DNA from: an uncultured Myxococcales bacterium
Lineage (GTDB): Bacteria; Myxococcota_A; UBA9042; UBA3505
Length of the DNA stretch: 64,000 bases
NCBI GenBank assembly: GCA_964594295.1
Contig: CAZQPP010000001.1
Coordinates: 5,039 to 69,038 of the forward strand
Direction: 5' to 3'
Every line of letters starts with the position of its first letter. The first letter of the stretch is position 1. The position numbers and the translations under genes were made by a program. The notes under the pieces were generated by a model. That model was given only the letters and a program-made list of their open reading frames with translations, was not told where the DNA came from and ran no database searches. Shown here one piece after another: positions 8,054 through 16,312 of the stretch.

Positions 8054-10998
8054 TCGCTACCTCCCGGGCTGCCGTCCGCCCAAGCGATGTCCGAGCGCAC
8101 TCCGGCGATCAGAGGATGAGTGGGCGACCTGCGCGCGGCGATCTTCACGAGCTTCCTTGAGGTCATAAGGTGATCCTCGCCCTCGTCCACGCCATCTGAC
8201 ACCGCCCTCGCCAGGCACTGCGCGAGCACGAGGCACAGCGTGGAGTCCCGACGGGGGCTGAGAGCATACACGGTCTTCAGCAGCTCGGCAGCCTGGGCAT
8301 ACCTGCCCTTGAGCCTCAGGCGCAGCCCTTTGGCGAGCAGCTTGGAGACGGGGTCGTCGGCCTTCCACAGGGGCTTGTGGAGCTCCAGCTCGGCGTTCGC
8401 TATGCACAGCTCCGGCTCGTTCGGGTGGCGCGACACCGAGGTGGCCAGCGATCGGCGGAGCGCCTCGTAGGCCTCGAGGCCCACGGCGCCCGCATCGTGT
8501 CTCGGCCCTGCCGTCGCCGCCAGAGCGACAGCCACGGCGGCGCGCTGAACGAGCACCCGGGGATGGGTGGCGTGCTCTCCGAGCCCATCCAAGAGCGCGG
8601 CCGCCTCCTCGAACCGGCGCCCAGCCACCAGCTCACGGGCTCGTTCCAGCGCGCCGGTCGCCGCCGCCGGCGCCTCGGGGAGCCCCGGGGGCGGTGAGCT
8701 GCGGATCTCCACGACCTCCGAGAGGGGCACACCCCAGCCTACCACCTGAAGGGCTCGCTCGAGGTTCTTCACCTCCTCGTCGTCGCGCGCGCTGCGCTTG
8801 ATGCTCTTCACCGCCTCCCTCGCACGGTCCAGGAGCCTGTCCGCTTCCGCGGTGAGGCCGGCGTCCCTCGCCTCTTGGGCACACATGAGGAGGCTGAAGG
8901 TCCAGCTCGCCCCGGCCTGGGTGTCGTGCGGCTGCGCCCGCCACGCCGCCTGGTACTGGTCGGCCGCGTCCTGGTGACGACCGCTGTTGCCCAGCCGATA
9001 GCCGTAGCGCGCGAGGCTCCGGTGGTAGGTCGCCTCGAGACCGGGGATGCCGGTGTCGAGCGCCGTCTTCAGGAGACGCGTGGCCAGGGAGTCCGCGGCG
9101 AGAGAGTCGCGCTGCGCGAGCTGCTCGTCCTTCCCGATCAACAGCCTCGACAGGCGCTCCCGGGTCTCGGACTCCACGCCGAGGGCCACGGACTCACCGA
9201 TGGCCGCGCGCAGCATCTCGCTCACCTGCTCCACCTCGACGTCGGCGCTCAGGGAGGCCTTCAGGGCAGAGACTCCCACGTCCGAGCACAGGCGCGCGGC
9301 ATCCTGACGCAGGGCCTCCGCTGGGTCCGGCAAGCCGGCGAAGCCGAGGTTGAGGCGCTCGATCTCCGCTCGGTCCGCATCCGCTGGAGGCATGTACCGC
9401 ACGAACACGGCGAGGGCCGCGCGCCGGGCCGCCTCCCAGTTTCCGGCCGCGCGGTGGGCGTTGGCCAGGCTCAGCTCCGAGAACCAGCGGCGAAGGTCGG
9501 TGTCCTCCGCCACGCCCTCGTCGGGCAGGTCGATCCCGAACCTCCTGACGAGGGCGCGAAGGCGCTCGTCGGGCGGAGGCCTCCTCTCCTCCGAGGCGCT
9601 GTTCACGAAGTAGCTCCGGAGCTCCTCGAGCCCGGCGACTCTCTCGGCGAACAGAGGCCCGAAGCCGACGCGCGTTTTCCCCGCACCCGAAGACACCTGC
9701 GCCGCCTCGGCGTCCCAGACGGCCCGGGCGGCCATCAGCTCGCGGATCAGCTCGACGTGCAGCTCCGAGAGGGCCGCCGCCGCCTCCTCGTCCCCCCGGC
9801 CTTTGGCGTCGGCGATGGCGTTTGAGATCACTCGCTCAGCGTGCTGCTCGGCTCCCTGCCGGGTACCGTCGACGAAGCCGTCGTAGGGCTCGTCGCTCCC
9901 GTAGACCTTGAGCCGCTCCAGCACGAAGGCGCCCACCCAGCGGGGGTTTGCGAGGAACACCGACACGTGGGCGATGAAGTCCCGCCAGGCGTCGGCGTCA
10001 ACGGTGGGCAGCGAGCGGTGGGCCCGGATGAGCGCGAGGACGGCCAGGGTCCGTATGATGGTGGGGTTCCACGCGTCGGCGGCCTCCGCCTCGGCCAGCG
10101 CCTCGTATGCGCGGTCGTGGTCACCGCGGCGACCATACCAGGCGGCGACCTCCAGGTGATGCGCGTCGCGCGAGGGCGCGCTCGTCCCTATCCCCACCAG
10201 CCCGCCGACCAGGTTCCTGATCGAGGAGCAGTCGGCGTCTGCCGGATCGAGCACCGCGACGGCGTCCTCGAAGCGGCCGAGCAGGGAGAGCTCGCCGGCC
10301 AGCCTGTGCTGTAGCCACCGGCGGATGGGGGCACGATGACGCGCGCCCTCGAGCGCCGCGGCCAGGGCTGATGCCCGCTCGGCGCGGGTCGGGCGCGTCA
10401 TGGCCAGGAGCGCCCGATCCAGCCCCTCTCCGCTCTCCGAGAGGTGCCCGGCCGCGCGGCGTGCGGTGGAGATGTCTCCCTGCTTGAGAGCGCTCAGCGA
10501 GATCGCGCGCCACAGGTGGTCGACCTTCGGACGCGAAGGTGTGCCGATTCCAGGTTGCCGACCTTGCGTAGCAGGGCTTCCGTCCGGCGAGGCCGCGTCG
10601 TCTCGGGACGGCCCAGCCGATCCCGGCAAAGAGCCCTGGACAGGCTCCTGGCGACGGCGCGCAGCCTCGAGACCTTCGAGCGTCGTGGCTGCCTCGGACA
10701 AGCGGCCTTCCGCCACACACTCCTCACAGTGAGCGATCCGCGCCTGGTCCAGGGCAGGGCCGGCGGCTTTGGCCCCCGCGTCGCTCAGGTCCTCCCACGC
10801 CTCCAGGGCCTTCGCGTGCTGACCGGCCCTCCACAGCGCGAGGCCGGTCGCGTAGGCGGTCGCGTCCGAGCGCTCGTCAGATGCCAGGCCGGAGAGACAC
10901 TCGATCACGGCCAGCAGCTGTCCACCTTCGGCGCGAGCCGCGTCCTCGAGCAGCTCCACGATCTCGGGGTCTGTCGGCCAGGTGTGCGCGGCGCTCAT
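8050..10998 (-). CDS. TPR-repeat protein (~982 aa)
   Basis: The ORF track extends to 11403, but the first 135 residues are Arg/Gly/Pro-rich frame shadow overlapping the upstream gene. ATG at 10998-10996 (MSAAHTWPTDPEIVELLED...) overlaps the upstream stop TGA 10995-10997. The body is rich in TPR-like A/L/Y/W helical repeats (e.g. AYATGLALWRAGQHAKALEAWEDL). Confidence 0.7.
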   Translation of the reverse strand: MSAAHTWPTDPEIVELLEDAARAEGGQLLAVIECLSGLASDERSDATAYATGLALWRAGQHAKALEAWEDLSDAGAKAAGPALDQARIAHCEECVAEGRLSEAATTLEGLEAARRRQEPVQGSLPGSAGPSRDDAASPDGSPATQGRQPGIGTPSRPKVDHLWRAISLSALKQGDISTARRAAGHLSESGEGLDRALLAMTRPTRAERASALAAALEGARHRAPIRRWLQHRLAGELSLLGRFEDAVAVLDPADADCSSIRNLVGGLVGIGTSAPSRDAHHLEVAAWYGRRGDHDRAYEALAEAEAADAWNPTIIRTLAVLALIRAHRSLPTVDADAWRDFIAHVSVFLANPRWVGAFVLERLKVYGSDEPYDGFVDGTRQGAEQHAERVISNAIADAKGRGDEEAAAALSELHVELIRELMAARAVWDAEAAQVSSGAGKTRVGFGPLFAERVAGLEELRSYFVNSASEERRPPPDERLRALVRRFGIDLPDEGVAEDTDLRRWFSELSLANAHRAAGNWEAARRAALAVFVRYMPPADADRAEIERLNLGFAGLPDPAEALRQDAARLCSDVGVSALKASLSADVEVEQVSEMLRAAIGESVALGVESETRERLSRLLIGKDEQLAQRDSLAADSLATRLLKTALDTGIPGLEATYHRSLARYGYRLGNSGRHQDAADQYQAAWRAQPHDTQAGASWTFSLLMCAQEARDAGLTAEADRLLDRAREAVKSIKRSARDDEEVKNLERALQVVGWGVPLSEVVEIRSSPPPGLPEAPAAATGALERARELVAGRRFEEAAALLDGLGEHATHPRVLVQRAAVAVALAATAGPRHDAGAVGLEAYEALRRSLATSVSRHPNEPELCIANAELELHKPLWKADDPVSKLLAKGLRLRLKGRYAQAAELLKTVYALSPRRDSTLCLVLAQCLARAVSDGVDEGEDHLMTSRKLVKIAARRSPTHPLIAGVRSDIAWADGSPGGSE

Positions 10999-13400
10999 CG
11001 GAACAACAGCCTCGTCTGCCACATCCACGTCTCGCCTCCGCTGAGGCGGAGGGTCTTCGTCCCGTCGCCAAGGTCGAGGGACGCCGCGTCCGCGCCCGCG
11101 ATCCGGGAACCCGGTTGCTCGGAGGGCCGGGCGCCGGGGTCGAGCGTCACCCCCGCCGCTACCCCATCTCTCCACAATGGCGGTGCCGTGTCCCGGGCGG
11201 TGACCAGCAGCGAGATCAGCCACGCGCTGGTTTGCTCCGGGTGCTCCTCGCGGAGGGCCTGGCCGTCGGGGAAGGATGTCCAGCGGCCCTGCTCGATTCG
11301 GAGGCCCTTCCGCGGGTGACCCAGCGCTCCGAATCCGTCGACCTCCCGGACCACCCCGTCGCGGTCCAGAGCGGCCACGAGCAACAGGGCGTGGCACCTG
11401 CACGTGGGGCGAACGAGCACCTTGACCATCCGTCCCCGCTCGACGCTGGCGCCCGGAGCGACGCCCTCGAAGCCGTCACCCGAACCTACGGCGAGGGCGA
11501 CGTCGACCGCCGCGCCTGTCGTCTCCACGTCCCCGACGCCATCGCCGGGATCGATCCGGCTCCCCCTCAGCAGGTCCAAGGCCGCCGGCGCCGAGGGGCG
11601 CTTGGTCGGCTTCTTCGCTCCGAGCCTCTGGAGCAGAGGGCCGAGCGGCGGAGGCAAGCCCGCTCCGGGGCCACGGGCAGTCTCGGTTGGTCCCCTGGCG
11701 GGCATCTTCGGGACCTTGCCGGTCGCCAGGAAGTGCATCGCCGCGGCCAGGCTGTAGACGTCGGCCGCCGTGCTCCGGCGGCGTTTGGACGTGAGCTCGG
11801 GGGCGGCGAAGCGGCAATGCGGCAAGGCCCGGGCCGTCGTGCCGGCCTGCGCCAGGGCGAGGCCGAGATCGGCGAAGGACGCCCGCCCGTCCTCCGAGAC
11901 GAAGACATCACCGGGGGAGAGAGAGCCCCACGTGAGCTCCCCGTCGTGGAGCCTGGCGAGACCCTCGAGCAGATCCTCCAGCCACCGCAGGACCTCGGCA
12001 CATGAGGCCCGGCCGGCGCGCTCTAGCGCGCAGCCTCCGGAGACGTCGTCGAGGAGCACGAAGAGACCTCCCAGGCCGTCTTCGCCAGGCAAGGCGTGCA
12101 CCAGCTCCGGAATGCTCGACACTCCCAGGTCGGTGTTTGCTCGAACACGCGCATCCAAGGCCTCCGGGTCGAGGGCGCTCCGGTCGAGGAGGCGGACCAC
12201 GACCCTTCGGCGGCGCAGGTTCGCGTCGACCACGCGCCAGGCGCGGACATCGGGGTCGTCGCGGAGGGTGGCGCCCACCTCGAAGTGTGCTCCGAGCGAC
12301 TGCGCCACCTCGTGGGGCACTGCCAGGTCTGCGCAATCGGGCCCCAGCTCGCATATCCCGATGCTCCGCCTCCAATCACGGAGCCAGTCCTCGAAGGAGC
12401 GCGCCTCGTTCCCCCCGGCGGCGTCGCCGGGCCGGGTGCCGTGCTCGTCGTGCTTCGACACGTGGTCACGAACCTCCACGTAGTCGAGGGGCTTGCCGGC
12501 ATTCCAGAAGAGGAGAGACCTCTCGCCGCCTCCGCTGTCTCGGCCGTCATCCACCCTGAGCAGCAGGCCGACAGGCAGGGCCTTGGTCGCGGAAGGGTCC
12601 AAGATGTACACGCGACCGGGGCGCAGCCCGGCGGTCTCCGGCCAACGCAGCTGTGTCGCCGCCTTGGCGGCGAGGCTCTCGCTGCCGACCAGCAGTCGGA
12701 TGCGCCCCTCGAGGCGATCGTCGTGCTTGCCGAACCTGATCTCGTCCACCACGAAGGGGCGGTACGCTCTAAGCCAGCGGAGAGACTGGAGCGTGGCCTT
12801 GAGCGCGGCGGCGAAGCCCTCGACGTAGAGACGCCGGGGTTCTCCTCTCAGCGGCGGGTCGTGACTCCACGTGTTCCGGAGCTGCACCAGCAGGTCGAGC
12901 TGGTCGTGTCCTGATACGCTGCGCCCCTCCTCGTTGAGCACCGCGTCGTGGAACATCCACCGCGGCGCCTCGGGGACGAAGGCATCGGGCCTGGCCTGGA
13001 GCGACGTGGCGAGGTTCCGCAGCAGGCCCAGCAGCTTGCCGAGGAGCGGTTTCCGCAGGTCGACCCAGCTCGCCTCGACCTCCTCCGAGGGTGCTCCTCG
13101 CAAGTAGTCCGGGAGGAGCGTGACCAGCAAGGTTCGCAGCAGGACCTCCACGGCCCCCACGAGTGACTCTGCCTGTGCCTCGGGAGCTCCGTTCCCGGTG
13201 ACAATGACGTCCCGGACCGCGACCGCCAGGGGCATTGGCAGGGCAGCGACAAGTGCCTTGTCTCGTCCTGGATCCCAAGCTGGCATCGTCTTCGGCAGCC
13301 CCAAGAATAGCGCATGGGTGTTGGCGTGCGGACTATATCGGCCGAGGCGGATCGGCACCAGCGGCGCCACTTGCCGGAGCCGGGTGCCGGCCCTGACCAC
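10995..13400 (-). CDS. HEPN-like (RNxxxH) N-terminal domain fused to a degenerate Ser/Thr kinase-like (pseudokinase) domain plus a C-terminal region of unknown fold
   Basis: ORF-track 801 aa from GTG 13400. The likelier start is ATG 13286 (MPAWDPG...), which has a TATAGT -10-like hexamer upstream. The N-terminal ~250 aa is paralogous to the N-terminus of the 36147 protein (shared LLPDYLRGAP and LVQLRNTWSHD versus LIELRNEDAHG, i.e. an R-x4-H motif). The kinase region has DLG and APE-like motifs, but the HRDLKPxN box reads WGSLSPGDV, so the catalytic Asp and Lys are lost. Confidence 0.7.
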   Translation of the reverse strand: MVRAGTRLRQVAPLVPIRLGRYSPHANTHALFLGLPKTMPAWDPGRDKALVAALPMPLAVAVRDVIVTGNGAPEAQAESLVGAVEVLLRTLLVTLLPDYLRGAPSEEVEASWVDLRKPLLGKLLGLLRNLATSLQARPDAFVPEAPRWMFHDAVLNEEGRSVSGHDQLDLLVQLRNTWSHDPPLRGEPRRLYVEGFAAALKATLQSLRWLRAYRPFVVDEIRFGKHDDRLEGRIRLLVGSESLAAKAATQLRWPETAGLRPGRVYILDPSATKALPVGLLLRVDDGRDSGGGERSLLFWNAGKPLDYVEVRDHVSKHDEHGTRPGDAAGGNEARSFEDWLRDWRRSIGICELGPDCADLAVPHEVAQSLGAHFEVGATLRDDPDVRAWRVVDANLRRRRVVVRLLDRSALDPEALDARVRANTDLGVSSIPELVHALPGEDGLGGLFVLLDDVSGGCALERAGRASCAEVLRWLEDLLEGLARLHDGELTWGSLSPGDVFVSEDGRASFADLGLALAQAGTTARALPHCRFAAPELTSKRRRSTAADVYSLAAAMHFLATGKVPKMPARGPTETARGPGAGLPPPLGPLLQRLGAKKPTKRPSAPAALDLLRGSRIDPGDGVGDVETTGAAVDVALAVGSGDGFEGVAPGASVERGRMVKVLVRPTCRCHALLLVAALDRDGVVREVDGFGALGHPRKGLRIEQGRWTSFPDGQALREEHPEQTSAWLISLLVTARDTAPPLWRDGVAAGVTLDPGARPSEQPGSRIAGADAASLDLGDGTKTLRLSGGETWMWQTRLLFR
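13332..13337 (-). promoter_or_regulatory. -10-like hexamer TATAGT (minus strand) upstream of the probable ATG 13286 start of the seven-gene operon
   Basis: The minus-strand sequence cggccgaTATAGTccgcacgcc lies ~46 nt upstream of ATG 13286. There is no convincing -35. Confidence 0.25.
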
Positions 13401-13539
13401 TGACTCCGTGGCACCCCGCGGATGCTCCGCCGGGAAGGGCTCGATCTGTCCGAGAGACGATCAGACCGCCTTGCCGGTGTGGATCTGACCGGGACCTCGA
13501 GCGAAGGCTGCCGGTAGGCTCAGCCATTCGCACGGCCGA

Positions 13540-13556
13540 TGGACAGCAACTGTCCA
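13540..13556. promoter_or_regulatory. Perfect 7-bp inverted repeat TGGACAG-caa-CTGTCCA upstream of the operon, candidate regulator binding site
   Basis: Read directly at 13540-13556, in the 300-bp gap between the SGNH hydrolase gene end (13703) and the operon start. Confidence 0.25.
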
Positions 13557-13702
13557 CGAGCGCTCACAGCTTCCCGGGCGGCGCTCGCTCCCCGATCTCG
13601 AGCTCCTCGATCGCCAGGGCCGGCGTCAGCGCCAGGATGTCGTCGTCGTCGGTGCCGATGCCGGTGTCGAGGATGACTCGGTTCTTCTGCGAGAGACCGG
13701 CA

Positions 13703-15019
13703 TCAGGGTGCCTCGAGCGACAGCCCGGAGTCCTTCAAGAGCGCTGCGAGCAGCACCTCTGCGAGCCTCTCGTAGCCGCGCCGGGTGAAGTGCACGTGGT
13801 CCGGCGCCGCCATCGGCGGCTTCGCCTTCACCCACGACGGCATGGACATCGGGCCCCCTTGAAAGGCGACCAGATCGAAGAAGCCGCAGCCGGCTTCGGC
13901 GCTGACCTCGCGCTGGACCGCGATGATATCCTGGGTGCGCTGCCGGGGTAGCCAGGTGCCCTTCTTGCCCTTGATCGGCCTGTCGGAGGGGCCGATCAGC
14001 AGGCACGAGGCCTCCGGCACGACCTGGCGGATTCGGGCTACCACGAGGCGCAGGTCCTTCTCGTACCTTGGGATCGGCACGTTCTTGTCACCGGACTCGT
14101 TGGTGCCGTAGGCGAGGACCACGAGGTCGGGGCGGCGCCATGCGAGCTGCGCGCGGTAGAGGCGATCGTTCCAGAGCAGGTGGTATCGCGCTCTCGAACC
14201 GCGAATGCCGAGGGTGTCGACGACGACGCCAGGCTCGTCTCTCTCGAGGACCAGGCCGAAGAGGCGGATGAGCCCGTCCCCGAGGGGGCGCACCTCGAAG
14301 CTGTGTTCGCCGTCGTCCACGTCCATGAACATGAAGCCCGGCTTCACCTCGTCGGCCCTGGTGTTCAAGCGGTACACAGGATTCCCGTCGATGCTCACGT
14401 CGAGCTGCCCGCCGGGCGGGCCGCGCAGGTAGAGGAGCGCGTAGCGGCTCACCTTCCGGCCGACGGGGCTCTTTTTCGGCGTCACCACTCGGCCGAAGTC
14501 CTCCTTCGAGCTCGACTCCACCGTAACGCCCGCCATGCCGAAGTAGCCCACGGTCTTGCTCGACGCCCCCACTTGAAAGCTGCGCCAACCGCCGGAGCTG
14601 CTGACTTCGACATCGAGGTGCCGGTAGTACTGCCAGGGCTTGACCGGCATCACGAAGCCGTGACCCGCGTCGCCGAAACGTTGCTGAAGCTTGCGCCGGA
14701 TGTGGCCGGTGAACCAATCCGTCGAGGTGTGTGAGGCACCGAAGAAGAGGAGGCGAGCCTTTCCCGCTCCGGCGGATGCGCGCCAGAGAGCGCGGTGGAG
14801 GTTGTGCAGGGCTCGGCCGGAGGGGTCCTTGATGGGGATCTCGACGCCGAGGACCGGCTGCTCGGCGGCGGAGGCCTTTCGCGAGGGCCCGGCGGCCGCG
14901 GCGTGCGTTGACGGTGTGAGGACGAGGAAGAGGAGCAACGAGGTCACGACGGCGGTCGCCGTTCTCCCCGACGCCGCGGTCCACGGTCTGCTCCGGTTCA
15001 ACGATACGTCGCGTAACAT
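13703..15019 (-). CDS. Secreted SGNH/GDSL-family hydrolase
   Basis: ORF-track 438 aa. N-terminal signal-peptide-like stretch (AVVTSLLLFLVLTPSTHAAAAG). SGNH blocks FFGASHTS (I), AYGTNESG (III) and DHVHF (V). Confidence 0.75.
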   Translation of the reverse strand: MLRDVSLNRSRPWTAASGRTATAVVTSLLLFLVLTPSTHAAAAGPSRKASAAEQPVLGVEIPIKDPSGRALHNLHRALWRASAGAGKARLLFFGASHTSTDWFTGHIRRKLQQRFGDAGHGFVMPVKPWQYYRHLDVEVSSSGGWRSFQVGASSKTVGYFGMAGVTVESSSKEDFGRVVTPKKSPVGRKVSRYALLYLRGPPGGQLDVSIDGNPVYRLNTRADEVKPGFMFMDVDDGEHSFEVRPLGDGLIRLFGLVLERDEPGVVVDTLGIRGSRARYHLLWNDRLYRAQLAWRRPDLVVLAYGTNESGDKNVPIPRYEKDLRLVVARIRQVVPEASCLLIGPSDRPIKGKKGTWLPRQRTQDIIAVQREVSAEAGCGFFDLVAFQGGPMSMPSWVKAKPPMAAPDHVHFTRRGYERLAEVLLAALLKDSGLSLEAP

Positions 15020-15021
15020 CG

Positions 15022-16269
15022 TTGTACTCTACCAGCTCGGATCGGCTTGTCACCAGCCGGACGCGTCGCTGCGGCCTACGCGGTTGCGGCCGGCGCTGCC
15101 ATGACCTATCCCTTCTCGACGACATCAAGAACAAGGATCCCCAGACCAGCGACGCGTCGAAGCTACCCGAAGGGGTGGAGGGCTTCTATCGGGCCCTCTG
15201 GCAGCGCCTCGGGCGCCAGCGCCTGGCCACACGAAAGAGCCCGACGGAGGCTCTCGCCGCCGACGTGTCGCTGCAGATCCTCGGCCTTCTGGCCGCCGCA
15301 CAGGAGCCCCTGGGCTCACAGGACCTGCTCCAGCTGCTCGGCCCGACCATTCCCGATCACCTCCCCGAGCTCCCCGACCAGGACCCGGGAGAGGTGCTTC
15401 TGCGGCTGGTCATCCGCAAGGAGCGCCTCGGCCGCCTCCTCATCGGCGCCGAGCGCCTCAGCCTCTTCCACGACACGCTCCGGCGTTTCATTCTCGACAA
15501 CACGAAGCGGGCGGGCGACGATCTGCCGCACGCCGAGGCGACGGAGTACCACGCCCGCCTGGCCGAGTGGTGTCGCCAGCGAGCCAACCCGGGCTACTCC
15601 GAACGCCACCTCACCCACCACCTCCTGTGCTCCCGTCGTTACGAGGAGCTGGTAGCTCTCTTCGCCGACGCCAGCGACTCCGGGCGCTTCCGCCGCGTGC
15701 TCGCGCGCAACGACGGGGGCGCCCAGCTCGTCCGGGAGCTCCGGCACGCGACCCTGGCCGCGCGAGAGCTCAACCGCCTCGACGAGCTCTTCAGGCTCTC
15801 GATGTTGACCCTGGCGGTGGACGGTCTGAGGCAGTCGGCCGTCATGCCGGGGGCGGCGAGGCTCCTGCTCGAGCTGGGCGACCACCGCGGCGTCGAGATG
15901 ATGTTCGAGGCCTGCCGGGATCCGTCGCAAGGTTGGAAGATCGCATCCGCCGCCTATGTCGACGCCGTCTCGCGCGCAGGCGGTGACGCAGAAGCGGCGT
16001 GGATGGAGCAGCTCCGGCGGCTCGTACGGTCCCTGTCCGGCCTCTCCAGGATCGAGGAGTGTGCCGCCCTCGTCGCCGAGCTCCTCGGGAGCGGTGTCAC
16101 CGATGTCGAGCCCGTGCTGGACAAGCTCACGGGGCTCGGCGCAGAGCAGCGAGCGGAGGTGGCGTGCCGCCGGAGGATGATCGACCAGGCACGCGAGAGG
16201 GGGATGGAGGAGGTCCTGAAGCTCCTCGAAGGAGCTCTCGCGACCTACATCGAGAGCGTGCGTTCCTGA
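15022..16269 (+). pseudogene. Probable 5'-truncated remnant of a STAND/NACHT NTPase: only the post-P-loop helical/winged-helix region is present, with no Walker A/B and no WD40
   Basis: The ORF-track 415 aa starts at TTG only 2 bp from the divergent SGNH start, so the N-terminus is unreliable. PEGVEGFYRALWQRL...LSLFHDTLRRFIL...YHARLAEWC...HLTHHLL is collinear with the region just after the NACHT domain of the 32043 protein (PRGLEGYYGRFFERRF...VEPFHKSVVDWLT...GRRRLAEAC...ALAHGVRHQL). Confidence 0.4.
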
Positions 16270-16312
16270 ACGCGAGCCCGGGCAGTCCGGGCGCCGCCCC
16301 GGGCCGGGCCTC

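Noticed and set aside
10998-11403. 135-aa N-terminal extension of the TPR ORF (ORF-track start 11403)
   Set aside because: It is Arg/Gly/Pro-rich. It overlaps the upstream gene's coding frame by 400 bp. An ATG at 10998 forms an ATGA overlap with the upstream stop, matching the pattern elsewhere in the operon.
14088-15134. 348-aa minus-strand ORF and several plus-strand ORFs over the SGNH hydrolase locus
   Set aside because: Alternative frames of the SGNH gene. Arg/Pro-rich. The SGNH frame has signal peptide and GDS/GTN/DxxH blocks.
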